In this document: one piece after another, positions 63,840-64,000 of the stretch
Position numbering within the stretch: position 1 is the first letter of the stretch
Layout of the letters: the number at the start of each line of letters is the position of its first letter
Source of the DNA: Lama glama
Lineage: Eukaryota
Assembly: GCA_028534125.1 (NCBI GenBank)
Contig: CM052817.1
Coordinates: forward strand, 36,520,001 to 36,584,000
Direction: 5' to 3'
Length of the DNA: 64,000 nt
Made by a program: the position numbers and the translations under genes
The notes under the pieces: model-generated
The model's input: the letters and a program-made list of their open reading frames with translations, nothing else
Database searches by the model: none
What the model was told of the DNA's origin: nothing

Positions 63840-64000
63840 TGAGGGCTGTGTCCCAGGTCTCGGTGAAGCCCCTGGGATGTGCCCTGCCAGATATGGGTCC
63901 TTGGCTTTGCACAGGAAAGGATTCAAGAGCGAGCCACAGTTGAGTAAAGATAGATTTATTTAGAGAGATACATACCACATAGAGTGTAAGGCAAGAGAAA
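63840..64000 (-). mobile_element. ERV LTR, runs off the window end
   Basis: ggtccttggctttgcacaggaaaggattcaagagcgagcca...agatttatt (minus-strand poly(A) signal), typical ERV1 U5/R. Confidence 0.7.

Noticed and set aside
7000..64000. ABCG2 coding exons
   Set aside because: No ABCG2 N-terminal, Walker A or transmembrane exon was found. The link to ABCG2 rests on synteny only.

Overview
Mammalian genomic DNA, very probably camelid (two tRNA-derived Vic-1-type SINEs). It opens with the last coding exon and long 3' UTR of PPM1K (+). By known synteny, the rest is the PPM1K-ABCG2 interval. It holds a CpG island (about 6.2-7.0 kb) and a second promoter-like exon (about 16.2-16.6 kb), but no ABCG2 coding exon. 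More than half of the window is interspersed repeat (L1, L2, MIR, MER, LTR/ERV). Main finding: the unique islands between the repeats, read by hand across stops and frameshifts on the + strand, give a collinear series of decayed TIR (Toll/IL-1 receptor) domains. Three lie in tandem in one large exon (about 11.3-14.3 kb, the third split by ancient repeats), one is a single exon (40.6-41.2 kb), one is spread over four spliced exons (50.7-59.1 kb), and a sixth possibly starts at 62.3 kb. This looks like an ancient unitary pseudogene of a large multi-TIR innate-immunity gene, probably inactivated before the placental radiation. The alignments are manual and the reference motifs are quoted from memory, so HMM and synteny confirmation is needed. 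Repeat family names and many repeat boundaries are approximate.
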